Shown here: in pieces, positions 62,342-64,000 of the stretch
Numbering within the stretch: the first letter of the stretch is position 1
Layout of the letters: every line of letters begins with the position of its first letter
Virus record (IMG/VR): IMGVR_UViG_3300007723_000001
Span: 1-64,000 of that record
Origin: a virus
Reading direction: 5' to 3' (one strand)
DNA: 64,000 bases
Notes under the pieces: generated by a model
The model's input: only the letters and a program-made list of their open reading frames with translations
Database searches by the model: none
Told to the model about the DNA's origin: nothing
Position numbers and translations under genes: made by a program

Positions 62342-62782
62342 ATGACTACTACAGTTTCAGTTCCAAAACCCCCGATAGTAGTAAGAGCCCAACAAGACAA
62401 TCCTATATTGCTATGGGTTCAAGTAAAATCTGACATAAAACTTCTAGGAGAATGTAAACGGCTAAATATATACGCTGAGAGTAAAAAGGAAACTAATGTT
62501 ATTGATATAGAAGTTAATGTCTTTAATATAGAATCAGATTGTAGACCATGGATAGAAGACAAAATATTAAAAGAGGGTCTCAAGTTTGAAATGTCTTTCA
62601 GTCCCTATCTTATATCTAATGAGGAGAAAGATAGAAATGTGGGTAGATACGATTTATTAAACTGTTCTATAGACTCACAAGTAGAAATATTTAAAGCAAT
62701 GAGTTGGGATTGTAAAGCGGAAGGTTTATGTTATCAAACTGAAAGTATGAATAGCTTTATGGATAGCCTAAGTTATTCTTAA
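62342..62782 (+). CDS. Tail tube paralog 4 (highly diverged)
   Basis: LWVQ, FEMSF, GRYDLLN, W..KAEGLCYQTE. Confidence 0.55.
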   Translation: MTTTVSVPKPPIVVRAQQDNPILLWVQVKSDIKLLGECKRLNIYAESKKETNVIDIEVNVFNIESDCRPWIEDKILKEGLKFEMSFSPYLISNEEKDRNVGRYDLLNCSIDSQVEIFKAMSWDCKAEGLCYQTESMNSFMDSLSYS

Positions 62783-62788
62783 TGCTAA

Positions 62789-63133
62789 TCAACTATAAAC
62801 TTCTTCATACTTAGACCACCAATAATCCAAATTATCATATTCTTTATGCGATTTCCTTCCAGACCAATTAGGAATAGTCATGATATTGTTTAGTATAAAA
62901 TCTTGACTAACTCCTGCTTTATTTAATACGGCGGCAGCGTAAGGTATTGGTACTATACACTCTTGAGGAATAACTTTATAAGGTTAGAAATCTAGTGTTT
63001 TAGAATCAACACATAAGTACTTATAGTTAGGATAGGAATTATTTGGATTTATAGTATTAGATCCAAATATGTCAGGACAAGTGTCAACATCCCTTGGATA
63101 GACTTTATTATGTGTATATATCTCTCTAAACAT
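62789..63133 (-). pseudogene. Paralog of 63143..63643 interrupted by an in-frame TAA (62984-62986)
   Basis: AGGAG RBS plus ATG 63133; MFREIY..CPDI..YKYLCVD..TLDF*..VP.P.AA.VL...G.S.DFI..NI..DNL aligns with the neighbour across the stop. Confidence 0.75.
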
Positions 63134-63142
63134 TATTATCTC

Positions 63143-63643
63143 CTACGTTAGTTTGTCAATAGAAACTTTAGTCTGTTTATTACCTGCATTGAGACACATA
63201 GCCCAAAATAGTTCTAAATTATCTAAGTCTTCTGTAATATAAAAATCTTGAGAATTAATATTTTCCTCATAGGCTGATCTCAAAATATTCCTTTTAATAA
63301 AGTCTATAGAAAGTCCTTTATTATGTAAAACACAAGCAGCCAACGGTCTAGGTATAAATTGCATGTAGCTCTGATTACCTACAACTATAACATCATAAGT
63401 AATTGGATCAATAAGTAAATATTTATTTGCTGTTGCTTTGCTATTAACTTGATATTTTATATCGTCATGATTAAGAAGCGGGTGTATATCAGGACTATTC
63501 TCTAGAATAGCTTTATTATAATAGTCATCATAGTGCTCCCATACCTTATATCCTATAAACAGGTAGCCTCTCCTAACTACAGTGAAACTGTTATACCTTT
63601 GCGGTTCACGGTAATATTCCATTTCTACAGAATACTTCTTCAT
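63143..63643 (-). CDS. Hypothetical protein
   Basis: 166 aa with a strong AAGGAG RBS. Confidence 0.7.
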   Translation of the reverse strand: MKKYSVEMEYYREPQRYNSFTVVRRGYLFIGYKVWEHYDDYYNKAILENSPDIHPLLNHDDIKYQVNSKATANKYLLIDPITYDVIVVGNQSYMQFIPRPLAACVLHNKGLSIDFIKRNILRSAYEENINSQDFYITEDLDNLELFWAMCLNAGNKQTKVSIDKLT

Positions 63644-63782
63644 AATTCATTCTCCTTCTTCACGGTAAGTGCCATACACTTTTTTTATAATAATCAATAA
63701 AGTATGAATAGATAAAATTATAAGAATAGTTAATAAGATAAGCAGACAATAAATATAACAATCATCAATTAAATATTCATAA

Positions 63783-64000
63783 ATGAATCGTATAGCAGTA
63801 AAAATCCTAAAGTCCTTTCGTCACATTTATGGCAATAAGGATGTTCATTTAAAAGCAGGAGGAGTTTATTACTTAGATGTAGAGAAGCCAGAGGATAGAG
63901 ATGAGCTCATCTATATGATGAGTGGATCATTTCCTTACAGATTCTTCATATCAATTGAGATGAGTCCTCAATTGATGCAGATTCTGGCTGTATCTAAATT
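63783..64000 (+). CDS. Truncated ORF beginning with the shared N-terminal module (likely a virion or fibre protein)
   Basis: MNRIAVKILKSFRHIYGNKDVHLKAGGVYYLDVEKPEDRDELIYMMSGSFPYRFFISIE..., open to the window end; not in the ORF track. Confidence 0.75.
   Translation, partial: MNRIAVKILKSFRHIYGNKDVHLKAGGVYYLDVEKPEDRDELIYMMSGSFPYRFFISIEMSPQLMQILAVSK

Noticed and set aside
28434-62782. Extracellular contractile injection system or tailocin rather than phage
   Set aside because: Portal, prohead protease and major capsid genes are present in the same window
1-64000. Alternative genetic code (stop-codon reassignment)
   Set aside because: Long ORFs tile the window under code 11, and TAA, TAG and TGA all terminate genes; the apparent 10-kb gap is one unterminated ORF
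1-64000. tRNA, rRNA, CRISPR arrays, integrase or IS elements
   Set aside because: None recognised; intergenic spaces are short and AT-rich (by-eye search only)

Overview
AT-rich (roughly 30% GC by eye) segment of a large contractile-tailed (myovirus-like) phage genome in the standard genetic code; several domains suggest a cyanobacterial host (inference). The window holds most of the virion module in scrambled order and mixed strands: Mu-like portal, protease/scaffold, major capsid, neck candidates, fibres, baseplate hub, spike fused to cell-wall hydrolases, DUF4815-like and gp8/gpJ/gp25-like baseplate genes, a 1002-aa sheath and four tandem tail-tube paralogs. The ORF track misses the most striking gene: a >3400-aa minus-strand ORF (10200 to beyond position 1). 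It has two N-terminal PLD (HKD) motifs, followed by a colinear series of motifs that loosely resemble the beta and beta' double-psi barrels of RNA polymerase. It lies head-to-head with a tail-assembly-chaperone-like gene carrying a -1 frameshift signal (A AAA AAG). The working hypothesis is a tape-measure-like or ejected giant protein combining a nuclease/phospholipase with a virion RNA polymerase; the catalytic DxDGD was not seen in the window. Other oddities are a flavin monooxygenase-like gene inside the baseplate operon, a ~55-aa N-terminal module shared by three otherwise dissimilar proteins, and a near-identical linker cassette in two different lysins. All family calls are by-eye motif recognition, with no database searches.
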